A DNA stretch of 64,000 nt, from the NCBI RefSeq assembly GCF_009834535.1, contig NC_045696.1, positions 34,474,001-34,538,000 of the forward strand, read 5' to 3'. The position numbers and the translations under genes are program-made. A model generated the notes under the pieces. It saw nothing but the letters and a program-made list of their open reading frames with translations. It ran no database searches and was not told the DNA's origin. Positions 51,300-64,000 of this stretch are shown in pieces (within the stretch, counting starts at the first letter, position 1; each line of letters opens with the position of its first letter). The DNA comes from Camelus ferus. Taxonomy: Eukaryota.

Positions 51300-51481
51300 G
51301 CAGGGGACATTGGGCAATGTCTGGAGATATTTTTGATTGTCTTAATTGAGGGGTTGCTAGTAGGATCTAGTGGTTAGAGGCCAGAGATGCTATTGAACAC
51401 CCTATAGTGCACAGGGCTGCCCTAACAGCAAAGAATTAATCTGGTCCAAAATATCAGTAGTGCCGAAGTTGAGAAACCTTG
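51300..51481 (+). mobile_element. MER20 hAT MITE
   Basis: caggggacattgggcaatgtctggagatattttt...tagaggccagagatgct...gttgagaaacc. Confidence 0.85.
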
Positions 51482-54400
51482 CTATATCCTTACTTTGGAA
51501 CTCTTAGTGGATACTTTATGTCTTTAAAAAAAAGTATTCAATGATCCTCAAATAATTTTATGCAGCTACTGTGTACCAGGCACAGTACCTAAGAGACACT
51601 CTAACAGAAAAAAGGGTTCACCTTATGATTTTATAAAATATGTGCTAATGCCTCTTACTTTAAAGAAATTAAAATTTAATTGTTTTAGGAAAATATAACA
51701 CTTATCTCTTAGTCTTGGTATAACATTTTACATAATATTTATAGTTTCTTTAGTTTCTTAGGGTATAATTATACATTTTTACTGTTTTTGTTACTCACTG
51801 GAATTTTATTTTTGATTTACTTTTAATTTTTGTATGTGTTTTATATGTACTTGGTTTAAAAAGTCATATTGTAAGACTTAAATGTCAGGGATTGCATTTT
51901 GCTGCTTCTAGAGACCTGACTTAAATAGCTTAAACAATACTACACATTTATTTCTCATGTGAATAGTTTTGAATGGATAGTAAAGGGATGATGTAGTAGC
52001 TTTATCATCATTGTACCATCATTTACTCTTTCTAATCAGTCATCCTTATCTTCTTATCTCAAGTTTGCCTCATGATCCAAAATAGTTGCTGGAGTGTCAG
52101 CCATCACATCTGAGTTCCATGTAGCAGAATAAGCCAAAAACATCTTGCCCTCAATCCTACTCAGTAACTTCCATTTCCATTTTGTTAGCTATCACCATCT
52201 GAAAAGAATGTTAGAAACTTTAAAAAATATTTTTTCCCTGATTAGATGTCTATGATTCTATTAATAAGGAAAGTAGAATGAGTGGATGTTATAGAGGCAA
52301 CCTTTTTTGTGTGTGTTTTTTATTTTGTTTCTTTTTTTCTATTTTGCCACAGCTTATAATAAAAGTAACAGTTGCACTCTGTCCCTTTCCTTCCCCATAT
52401 GTTCACCAGAGGCAATCACTTGCAACTCTTTTTAGCAATTATGATATTTACCTTCATGTTTATAAATGACTTTTTCCCCCTAGTTTTAGATATAATCAGT
52501 TAGCCCAGTTGACAGAGGTGAGGACTTACCATCTCCCTGTTCAGTATGTACACTTTGATTTTACCCACTGTGTTCTGTATCTCCTTTCTTCCTTCCCTCT
52601 AACCCCTTCCTCCCCTGCCCCATTATTTCTGAGTCTTACTCAGCTTCTCCAGAGAATTGGGAATTTTCATTGATCTAACAGGGGAGGGAATCTGGGGGAG
52701 GTTTTCAACTGATCTTTCTGTCTTTGACTCTGCTTTCACCTCCACTTTAAGAAATATGTGGCATTTCAGATTCCTGAGATTTTCTGGGGTTCTTCAACAC
52801 AAATCAGCTTATTTTTGAACTCCTTCCCTGCTTTCTAAATAATAACTGCCTAAATGCTATCATCGATCCTTTGTCATTGTTTTCCTCCATGTGGGTTTAG
52901 ACCTTTTAAAACAAAAATATCTTTACTGTTATTTTAGTGGAGTTTTCAAGTGGGAGCAGAAGTAATTGTGTGTTCAGTCTGCTACATTTAGCTAGAAGTC
53001 TCAAGTTAAGTTTTTCAACTCAATAAAGAATAGTGGATATGAAAGATTATAAAAAGACAAGTATTAAAACTAATTCGTAGTGATTTATTTACTTTTGAAA
53101 AAGAGTATGCTACTTCCTGATCCAGTTTGTAATGAGTATTCAGAGCTAGAATTAGTTTCATTGAATGAATTTACTTTACGTGTTCCTTTTCACAAAATTC
53201 TTTTTATTAATACATTGCAAATTAAAATTTTAGCTTTCTAAAAATGGTTTTCAAAATTTGACAGATTTGGGACATTTCCGGTGTTCATAGAAGTTGACTA
53301 CCATGGAAAGTCATGAACTTATTTATTATGATTGTGAAAAGCAAAGTAAAGCGAACCCTAGATATTGATGGCTGTATTTGGGGAGCTAAATGCTTTGTTG
53401 TTGTTTATTCTTTTTTTAGGTTGACTTTCAGAATTGAATGGTACTAATTGTTCATAATGACATTATTTGAAATAGAAAATTATTGAAAATAACCTAATGA
53501 TCAAAGTTAGGGGAATTGTTACATATGATGGAATCCTATGTTCTCTTAACGATCATGTTTTTAAAGAATAAAGAATATTTATTCATATGCGAAACTAGTC
53601 CTGGTATAATAACTACTGAAAAGATACAAAGGACAGATGATTTCACTTTTGTCAATAAAAAAGACGAAAAGAAATATGCAAAGTTATTAACAGTGGATAC
53701 TTTATTAGTGATATGTTTATAGCTGACTTTTTCTTTACATTTATTTATTCTTTTACATTTTCTTGATTAAACTACTACCTTTATAATGAGAGGAAAAATA
53801 AAATATAAAAACCACATTTTTTTCTTTCCTATTTTACAGATTATTTTCTGTGAATAAATGCAAGATTATTTTGAGCATGATGAAATTTTAACTCCTTGTT
53901 TCCCAAAAATATGTGAAATTTTTTTTTTTTTTAAGTGAATTGGTTAAGGGAGATTATGGAGGTAATTTTAGGTTAATGGATGAGATACTAAACTTACATA
54001 ACTTCTTTTTACACAGTCTTGGATTAAGATATATGTCATTACTGCTTTCTAATAACAACTCATCACATTGACTTAAAAATTTTATCTCTCTTTTAATTAT
54101 GTACATAAAATGGTAGGAGAAAATATTTTTAAATGAAGTTCATTGTTTTTAAGTTTTTTAGTGATACCATTATTTTGAAATTCTGCCAAACAGAAGTAAG
54201 GCACCAGTTGTACTGTTATTTTTGGCATGGAATCTTTTTGATTTTCCTGCCAAAATGTGCTAAACTATACCTTAGCAATTACAAACAAAAGCAAAAAAGA
54301 GAACTTTAAATTACATTTAAGAAAGCTATGGTAAAATCTGTGTCTAGTGAGATATTTGAAAAAATAAAATATCAATAAAATATGATCAATTAATATGCCA

Positions 54401-54906
54401 TTTAAAATGCAGTGATAAGGATATTAGGCCCTTTAAAATCTAGGGTAGTTTATTTAACTAAATATTAATTCTAGTTATGTTGTAAATCAGTTACAGTAGT
54501 ACCTAGTCTGAATTGGAGAGTATTTTTAAGATTTGTAATTTCAAATGGATCTAATACAAGATAACCTTCAGCTTTCATGTAATATATATCACACTGATTT
54601 TTTTAACTCCCTATTTCTCTGACAGGTCAGTTCATCATTTCTCTATTCACACTCTATTCAGTATGGTTCTGCTCTCTAGGATGAGACCCACTCAGTCTCA
54701 CCTGGTTAGAGCCATGGTGGAACACTTGGTGTCAACTAAATATGAGAGGAGGTCGATCTGGTCGATCTTAAAGGCTACTCCACTGACATTCTTGTACCAA
54801 CCACTTAATACCCTCAACTCTCCAAAGCAGCAATAAATGTGAAAATAGCTGAAAGGCTTTCCATTAAACAGTAGGAAAAAAAGGGTCATTGATGTTAGGG
54901 TTTATG

Positions 54907-55241
54907 CAGTTGGCTCTCCATATCCACAGGTTCTGCAGCCCCGAGTTCAACAACTGGAGATGGAAAATATTGGGGGGGGGGGAAGTCCAGAAAGTTCCAA
55001 AAAGCAAAGCTTGAATTTTCTGTGCACTAGCAATTATTTACATAGTATTTACATTGTATTAGGTATTTAAGTAATCTAGAGATGATTTAAAGTGTAAAGG
55101 AGGATGTATGTAGATTATATGCAGATACTACACCATTTTATATGAGAGACTTGAGCACCTGCAGATTTTGATATCTGTAGAGGATTGGGGGATTTAGGGG
55201 GTGGTCTTGGAACCAATCTCCCAGATTCAGATGAATGACTG
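54907..55241 (-). mobile_element. MER2-like Tigger MITE
   Basis: Ends cagttggctctccatatcc and gactg-ta; internal aagtaatctagagatgatttaaagt. Confidence 0.85.
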
Positions 55242-55249
55242 TATAAGGC

Positions 55250-56200
55250 ACTGGGCATATAGTGATAAGCAAACAGGCATTGTCCCTATTTTTGTGTAAA
55301 GCTATAATTTTGATCAGTTCTAGGAAGGAAAGGTATATATTACTATAAAATGCAGGCCAATAAAAGGCTTATCAATTATTGCATTCTTGGGCAAGTTGAA
55401 CTTGGCTGAGATTCTTTGGTTTAGTTTGAACATGTTGAATTTAAAGTGCCTTTCCTCATCCACAGAGAGATCTTAAAGATGGCTGGATTCACATAATCCT
55501 GAACTCAGAAGTGAGGTCTGGTCATCATAGCTATATGGATGGCATTTGAAGTCATGCATATGAATGAACTCACATTGGGAGATAATATAGAGAGAGAAAA
55601 GAAGAGGAAAAGAAGCTTCAGAAACTTTGGTTAAATGGCCAGGTAGGAAAGATTGAGTCTTCAAATGAAGTCTGAGAAGAATAGTTAAAAAGCTTCGAGA
55701 AAACCGGGAAACTATGGTGTCACAGAAAACAAGGGAAGAAAATGTTTCAGGATAGAGTAATGGTAACTGGCATCGGAATCTGTTGAGATCCAACCATTGA
55801 ATTAACATGGAGGTCTTTGGTGACTTTAAGCAGAGTTGTTTTGATGTAGGAGCCAGACTTAAGTAGTTTGAGGAGTAGGAAGCAAAGAAATAGAGACAGT
55901 AGTATAGATAACTTACAAAGGAGATGGAAAGATATGGGTGGAAACTGGATTGAATATTTGTGGATTGAAGGTGAGGATATTTTCTTCTAAATTGTTGAGA
56001 ATTTGGCATGTTTAACATCTGATGAGAATGATTCATTTGAAAGGAAGAGATAAATCTGCAAAAGAAAGGAGGGACAATCCAGAAAGTAAGATTCCAAAAA
56101 GGGAAGGAAGGACAAGATTCAAAGCACAAATGGAGTAGTTGCTTTGTATAGGAGCTTTGGAGTAGGTAGAAAGTTCATCTGTTGAGAGTACATGGGGGTG
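55250..56200 (-). mobile_element. L2 LINE reverse-transcriptase remnant
   Basis: 'ETFSSLVFCDT', 'PLLFSLYIIS..FIHMHDFKCHPYSYDD' resemble L2 RT motifs (YADD region). Confidence 0.85.
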
Positions 56201-56819
56201 GTTGTAGATTTAAGGTGAAAAGAGGTCTAAAATGGTAGCTTCTTAGGTGGATTGTGTTGATTTACAGAACAATTTAAGTTTGCTGATTTTGAGTGCAGAG
56301 TGACCACTAGTCTGTACTTTTGTTCCACAGTACTTATCTGTATAGGTGAAGGCATGAAGAACGTGATTAGTTATATTCGTTCAGGGTTGAGTGATATACT
56401 GTAATTTATCAGTTAATTAACTTTGAGAAAGAAAGGGACATCCTCATTTTCTGGCTCCATTTGTTATAAAATGGTACAGAGTAGTGAAAGGAGAAAGAGA
56501 AGGAAGAGAAGTGGTCATATCAGTAGATATTAACAGTTAGGTGTATACCATTGTTCTATGTACCTTAAAAATATGTATGCATATGTATGGGTATATATGA
56601 TACCCCAGTAAAATATTAATGTATACAATTTATTAATATGTCTTTCTATAATTAGAGTTTACTAAAAATTAACCCGTATCTGTTTTGATGACCCTAAAGT
56701 TAAAATATTATAAATATCCAGTAGTCACTGTTGCTAATGATTTGATGTGTATGTGTTATGTTTTTAGTATCTGGAAGATTTACTTATTTTTTTGGAGTGC
56801 TCTTATATGTGTAAACTCA

Positions 56820-57030
56820 TAATTTTTAGTGTTTTCCATGTATCAGGTACTGTGATAAGTCTTTTACCTGTTTTATCTCATTCAATCCACTACCCCACAA
56901 GATACGTGCCATTATTCTCATTTTACAGATTAGGAAACTAAGAAAGACCAAGAGAGATTAAAAAGCTCGATTAAGTCAGATTGGAATTCTGGCTAGTCTG
57001 TCAAGGGCCCTGTGTACTTAGCCATTTCAA
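56820..57030 (-). mobile_element. MIR SINE
   Basis: ccattattctcattttacagattaggaaactaag core. Confidence 0.75.
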
Positions 57031-58319
57031 TATACACACATTGTATCTAGGAACATGCATTTGGTATCTGTTACAGCATCTGTGCATATGTCTTGATATA
57101 TACTACAGCATGTTTAAGCAGTTACTGACTGAGTAAAGCAGTGATTTAAAAAGATTCAAGGCAGCAGAAACTAAAGATGTTCATAAATGTAACAGAGAAA
57201 AAAAATCAAACTTAAGCTATCAGAAGTTCAATGAGAAGTGATTCTCAACTTATTTTTCTCTCAACCTGCGTGGGATATACCTCTCTCTGAAGCAGTGGGT
57301 CACCATAGTGATTATTCTTAAAATGCAAGTGTTATGATGATTGCAGACAGTTACTTTATGTTATTACCTTGTGTTTTGAAGGTTGGAGGGTATGGAATAT
57401 ATTTTAGATACTTATCTTAAATTCTAAGGTTTCCATTTCTCTGTATTATTTAAATTTAACCTTGAGTATCTTGAAACCTTACTAACCTAGAGAACAGTGG
57501 ATGTGCATTTTTCGACTTTACCTTTTACCAAGCTTTGAAAACTCTTGCCAAAGATCTCTCAGGTTATAGAACTCATTAGTAAAGTTTAAGATTTATATTC
57601 CATGCTCATGCGGGTGTGGTAAAAAAGACATCTCATTTTCAGTTGGTGAGAGCAAAAATTACAATACCTTTCTGAACCATAATTCATCAAAATATATTAG
57701 AAACATTAAAAATAATTTGTACATTTTGACTTACAGCATTAATTTCTGAGGAAGTATAAATTTGGATATAAAGTGATTCATTATAGCATTAAATGTAGTT
57801 AATGAAAGGAATGAGTTGAAAATGGAAAAGCAACCAGAACATTTAAAACAGTTGAACACTTTTCAACCCTCATAAACTAAAATATCATTCAGCTTTAAAA
57901 AAATGATGTTTTCAGTGACTGTAATGACCTAGGAAAATAAAATACAATTGCAAAAAAATTAGGTGGAACAATTTGTTTGTAGCAGGATTACACAATTTGA
58001 ATATAGTCCATTCTCACTGTACTCAACATATGTATTTTAGAGGGGCAAAGTGTTATAAAGAAAAATCAAATGAGCTGTTTCACTAGGATTGGGATTTCTT
58101 GATGGTAATCCATGGAAATCATTTATGTACTTCAGGAAGTCTGTGAACTCTCTGAAATTATTTACAAAAAGGATTGTGTTTTCATTTCTTTGGTGAGCAG
58201 GTCTAAGGTTTTTTGTTTTTTGTTTTTATCAGATTCTCTTAAGAATTTCAAAACTTGCTAAACAAACACATCCCACAACTATCCAAACACACCAACAGAT
58301 TATGAACCTTTGATGTAAG

Positions 58320-58605
58320 CCATTGGGACACAAGCAGCACCACCTGCTTTTGCAAATAAAACTTTATTGGAGTACGCCCATTCTTTTCATGATGTAACAG
58401 CAGGGTTGAAAAGTGGAGATGGAGAATGTATGGCCCATAAGGTGCTTTCTGGCCCTTTCGGAAAAAATATGTAAGTCCCTTTCTTAGTTTTGTACTTATT
58501 CTTTCAATACCCCTGTGAGATAGGTACTGTTTTTAATCTTCATTTTATGAATGACACAAATGAGACTCAGAGAGGTTAAACAACTAACCCTAAGTCACAC
58601 AGCAA
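58320..58605. mobile_element. MER58 fragment followed by a MIR fragment
   Basis: cacctgcttttgcaaataaaactttattgg; gagactcagagaggttaaacaactaaccctaagtcacacagc. Confidence 0.7.
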
Positions 58606-59309
58606 GAAAAGAGCACTATACCAAGATGTTAATAGTGGTTATATGTGGGCAGATAATGATGATTTTTTTAAAAATATATTATCCAGATTTACTACAGTGT
58701 GTGTACATAACTTATAATCAAGAGGGGAGAAAGTTATAAAAAATATGATAGAACTAAGATAATCTTAAAACTCATTCATCCTTTCTTATCATTTTGATTT
58801 CCTGCATTTCACTGTGTTTATAAAGAGTGAATATGCAATTTTTGCTTCCCTTTATGCTTTTATGGAACTTAACTTTTATTTTTCAGCTCTTTAACTCTGA
58901 TTTTTTGAAAAAAATTAGAAATTATTCTATTTATAGTTTCTTTAAAACGTTCTGTATTAACTGAAGCCATTTTATCCTTTAACTCTTGAGATTCTGTGTC
59001 CTTTCTTTTATATTCTGAAGTTAACTTCAATTATTAAGTGCTTGTAACTTAATAGGTACTCATAAAATGCTGCATGTATCTGACTGTGTATACAACTTAC
59101 TTTCTCTTAGTATCAATCAGTTGAATTTTCTTTAATTATTTTAATAGACATAGATCTAGATACATAAAAGTGTTGTCGAAGGTATTCCTAAAAGAAAAAA
59201 ATTGGCAGTGTACTATGTGGGAAGCTTCATCCTAATGATTATTTAAGGAGGAAAAAAGATCACAACCCCTGCCCTCAAGGAACTGAATCATGCAGTAAGG
59301 GAGAAGAGG

Positions 59310-59620
59310 CATATCCGACTACTGCAACCACTGTTATGACCTTCATTCAAGCCGTAGTCATCTTTCCCCTGGACAGTTTTATCTCCCTGCTTCCAATTTT
59401 TCTCAGTTTTTTTCTCCACACAGCCAAACTGATCCTTTTAAAGAGATAAGAGTGAGGTCTATTCTAAAACTTCCATGCTTTTCTATCTCAGTATGAAAAC
59501 CAACATTCTTACAGTGGACTGCAGGGCTTCATGATCCAACCCCTGTCTAGCTCTTTGACTTGTCTCCTATTGCTCTTTGTGTCTGCTGCTTACCTTCAGC
59601 CACCCTAGTGTTTTTGCTCC
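59310..59620 (+). mobile_element. L2 3' fragment
   Basis: caagccgtagtcatctttcccctggac...ctccacacagcc...gatccttttaaa. Confidence 0.65.
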
Positions 59621-62287
59621 CTCCTTCAACTTCAATAATTATTCTCCTGCCAATTTGCCTTTGTTTTGTCAGCATAAACATTTCAGTTGGATCAAATGAG
59701 TTGTCTCCCATTATCAAATTCACAAAGAAAAATTAAAGTCTAGAGTCCAAAGAGGTTAAGGTCCCAAATGCTTCCTTCCTGGAATACTGCTTAATCAGAA
59801 TGAGAGTGCCTGTATGGTCAGGCCTGAGGGTTTTTCAGGGGCTGTAGCTAGGGTGTCTCCTCTGATTGGGAGTGGCTTCTTTTGCACCTCAAAAGAATTA
59901 TTTAACCTCCAATCTTACTTTTTTAAAAAAATCTAGAAGGTCAGTAGGGCAAACCTTTAACACTCTACCCCACCAACACTCATTAAATTTAGAAACATTG
60001 ATAATTCCTTGAAATTAGTACATGGTACAGTTGGCTCATTGTACTTTCGCCAGTAGGATTTATTGATATCACTAAAGATGGATATTACAGGGAAGATGGG
60101 TGCATAAAAAACTGGGTACCAGGTCAGTTTTGGTTTTAACCTCACTAGGGTGCCAGTCAGTTACGGCAACTGCCAGTGACTATAACTTGTAAAGTTTTCC
60201 TGGGAAAATTCATCAGGTGGCTTTGTGACTGTATGCTTAATGATATTTTGTTTTGAAGGATGCAAGCACTTAACCTGAACATTTCTACTTGAAAGTTGTA
60301 TCTGAATTTCTGTCTTGCAGAATTTATAAATTTCCATGGATGACAGCTCTTAGGCACCAGGTCATAATGATGTTTCTTCCTTTAGATTTCTTCCTTATTA
60401 AAAGCTTTTAATTTCCATTTTTGTTTGTGTTGTCCTAGTATTCCTGTGCTGCAGTAAGTGTAGATTCTGTTTAGTAGCACAGCTTCTATACTGTCCCCAT
60501 ATTTGTATTTGGATAATAACCATAAATGGCTACCTGAAATAAAGCTACTTTTAATGTTTCTGATGTCTGCACTTAGAGAAGCCCAGTGAAAACAATATCT
60601 CTTCTACTACTTGCTCCTCTAGACCCTTTTTTTATTCTGCTTGTAACTATTCTGGGCCTTCCATAATTTGTTCTACTTCATTAGCAGTGTAAACATTCTT
60701 TTTTGTATCATGTTCCTTTCAGCAATAGTAGGATACACTGTTTCAGATAAACATTCTTGGTTTCTGTTTTTGTTTATATTTTAACCTATTCATAAGGTGG
60801 CCCCCTCCTGTTTTCCTTTCCCTTTCGCTTTGCTTTTGGATGTAGGTTTTATTTTCAGTTATCTCTTCTAAGATCTCCCATAAATCAGAGATTAAAGTCA
60901 AGGAATTCTGAGTTTATCAAAAAGCATTCATTATCAGACAGATTTTGCCTACTCTCACTTCCCCAGTTGAAGAAAATCTTACCAACTCAACATCAAACCT
61001 AGATCTGACCTCCTATTTTGTCTTTCTGCAGTTTTGCTTTTCTTTATCCACTACCTGAGGCCTAACTTTGAGTTCCTGAGGCACTTTTTTTGGTGACACT
61101 GTGCCATCCCATACATTGTCATCTGTAATAAGTAATAATTTGAAATGTACTGAAAATGCTTCAGGTATTTAAAGATAATCTCTTAGCTTTTTTTTTTTCT
61201 CTCTAACCTTTCAAATCTTTACAGATTTTACGTTACCATATAACAGCCTCATAGTGTGGTTTTTCACTTGCTCTTATGTACTTTCTATTTCTTTAAAAGA
61301 CCACCTTGCCATAGTTGGATTTCCAGTCTGATACACTGAGATTTCCATCACACTATTACCAGCTGTTCCTCTATTAGATGCCTTTGGAGCCAGTCACCCT
61401 TTCTAATGAGTAACAACTAAAATACATTTTTCCCCCAATTCCATCTTTAAGAACACATAGTTCTGATATATATATTTCCTCTCTGTTTAGTTCAGCTTCT
61501 AAGATTGAACTTTATCTTAAGGAAGTTCTTTTCTTTTTCCATTGTAACATGATGCCCCCCTCCTTTTTTTTTTTTTTTTTTAACTCTTCCACTGTTATTT
61601 TAATTGGAAGTGTATAATTTTTAAAACAAATTTAGTTCTTCTTGAGACAGAACAACATGGTACCTAAAGTTAGTGTTTGAGGCATAGGACTTTTTTTACT
61701 TTTTGGCCTTTGGATTTGTATTAATACCATAATAATTCCATTGAGTTTTTCTTCTGCCTGAGCCTAGGAAAATGATTTATGCTCTAAAGGAACCTTGACC
61801 CATCTTTATTTCTGCACTTGGTAAAATCCACTGGCCATCTTCATTAAACACAGATAAAATCTTGACATCTACAGCTTTGATTAAATTTATGTACATTATC
61901 AGTCCCTGAAGTTAACTTGAGACCAGATTATGACAATGACTCTAGAAGCCTTTGGACAAGTCTCTTGAATATAAGGGCTACCCTTTGAGAACAAAATTAA
62001 GATGGAGAGGGACAAAATTAAGTCCACTGACCTAGGACTAATATTAACAGTTTAAAGACTAGACATTCACACACTAGTGTTCTAAGACCCATATGGAACT
62101 TAACCAGCTTTTCAGTTTAATCCTCTGGCTTGGAGTCTTTGTCGAGAAATCAGACAGAAGTAAGAAACAAGATTTTTACCTACTAATATCTAAAAAACCT
62201 GTATGACTAAAAGACATTTAAAAAAATTCAATAATATAATCAATGCCTCAGCCACATTTGCAATACCATCTGTGGCCAAGCCTGCTA

Positions 62288-63402
62288 GTTTTTTTTTTTT
62301 AAATTGAAGTACAGCTAATTTACAATATTGTGTTAGTTTCAGATGTACAGCATAGTGATTCAGTATTTTTGCAGGTTATATTCCGTTACAGGCTACCACA
62401 ACATAATGGGTATAATTCCCTGAGCTATACAGTATATCCTTCTTGCTAACCTCTTACATATATAGTGGTTTATACCTGTTAATCCCGTGCTCCTAATCTG
62501 TTCCTCCCCACTTTCCTCTCTACTTTGGTAACCACAAGTTTGTTTTTTATATCTGTTCAGTATTTCTGTTTTGCACATACATTCATAGGTATTTTTTTTT
62601 AGATTCCACAAGAAAGTGATATCATTTAGTATTTATCTTTCTCTGTTTGGCTTATTTCACTAAGCATAATATTCCATGGTTCCATCCATGTTGCTACAAA
62701 TGGCAGTTTTTTTTAAGGCTGACTAATAGTCCATTGTGTATATATACACCACATCTTAATCCAGTTGTCTGTTGATGGGCACTTGGGATGCTTCCATGTG
62801 TTGGCTAATGTAAATAGTAGCTGCTATGAAACATTGGGGTGCATGTATCGCTTTGAGTTAATGTTTTCGAAAGTTTTTTTCTGGATATATACCCAGGAGT
62901 AGAATTCTGGGGTCATATGGTAGTTCTATTCTTAGTTTTTTAAGGAACATCCATACTGTTTTCCACAGTGGCTGCACCAGTTTACATTCCCAGCAATGCA
63001 CGAAGGTTCCCTTTCCTCCATATCCTAGACGTTTTGATGATAGCCATTCTGTCACGTGTGAGGTGATAACCTCGTTGTTTTGATTTGCATTTCTCTAATA
63101 GCGATGTTGAGCATCTTTTCATATGCTTGTAAGCCATTGTATGTGTTCTTTGGAAGAATGTCTATTCAGGTCTTCTGCTCTTTTTTTGAATTGGATTGGG
63201 GTTTGTTTTGTTTTGATATTGAGTTGTATGAGCTGTTCGTATGTTTTGGATATTAACCCTTCGTCAGTTGTATCATTTGCAAATATTCTCCCATTCCATA
63301 GGTTTTTCCCTTTTGTTAATGGTTTCCTTTGCTGTGCAAATGATTTTAAGTTTAGTTAGGTCTCCTTTGTTTATTTCTGCTTTTATTTCTTTTGCCTTAG
63401 AG
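62288..63402 (-). mobile_element. L1 3' 1.1 kb (artiodactyl/camelid type), 5'-truncated
   Basis: '[30 protein letters not shown]' matches the L1 ORF2 C-terminus; polyT tail at 62288. Confidence 0.92.
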
Positions 63403-64000
63403 GCCATGCTAAATTGAAGTCAGATGCAGAGTTCTGCATAGCCCATGCTAGTTAAGACTTTATCATGTAGACACACATCTGTAGATGACACCAGCTGCAG
63501 GCAAATGAAGAGGTTTGTTCACCTCACATGTTCACTTGATATTCATAGACATTTCCATATATTTTGGGGTTCTCTTGTCTATGTGCCAGTTTCAATGTTT
63601 ATGCGGGAAACATTTAATATATTACTCTCCCTAGTGAGTCTGGAATCAAATGAAAAATTGACAGGTATTAAAATGTATCTATAGCCTTTAAAATGAGCCT
63701 ACTGCTTACCTTTGGACCTGCTTAAGAGGAAAGTTGGGTCCTGAAGTGAGGACTCAGGACCCTGGTCTGCCTCACTCCATTTGGACGCAGAAAACTCAAG
63801 AAGGGAGATGAAAGCTTTCTGGGAGTGATGTTGTAACGGATGTTCCTGCTGTGGTTGGTAGCTTAATAGACACTCCTGAAGATTTATGTTTAACACTAAG
63901 GTGATAGGGGAATATTAAGATTTGAGATGCTTATACCATCTTCCATTTTATAAAGTTTAGTCTTACTACATTCACAGGACCTATTAAATGCCTTAATGTT

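Noticed and set aside
47436..64000. ZNF654 exon 2
   Set aside because: No exon continuing the expected protein was recognised; the region looks like intron with MIR, L2, L1 and MITE fossils

Overview
Mammalian genomic DNA, probably a camelid: it carries a tRNA-Ala-derived Vic-type SINE and artiodactyl-type L1 3' tails, and I saw no Bov-tA, PRE1, Can-SINE or Alu. The window holds the complete CGGBP1 gene on the minus strand (single coding exon 43490-43993, 3' UTR of about 3.5 kb, predicted non-coding 5' exons). CGGBP1 lies head-to-head across a CpG-island bidirectional promoter with exon 1 of ZNF654 (plus strand), whose intron 1 fills the rest of the window. The left 39 kb is intergenic and rich in transposon fossils: L1, L2, MIR, MaLR/ERVL LTRs, ERVL and class-I ERV internal remnants, and hAT and Tigger elements. 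Most ORFs in the supplied track are spurious or TE-derived. The most interesting observation is that the CGG-repeat leader of CGGBP1 reads as a stop-free poly-glycine frame. After the predicted splices it is in frame with the CGGBP1 AUG, and it has an ACG codon in strong Kozak context, suggesting a non-AUG, FMRpolyG-like N-terminal extension. Also notable are competing uORFs in the same leader, a probable chimeric ERVL/antisense class-I provirus, a deeply nested TE stack, a triple-GAAA ISRE and a CTCF-like site. Repeat family names were assigned from memory of consensus sequences and boundaries are approximate. No prokaryotic systems (CRISPR etc.) are present.
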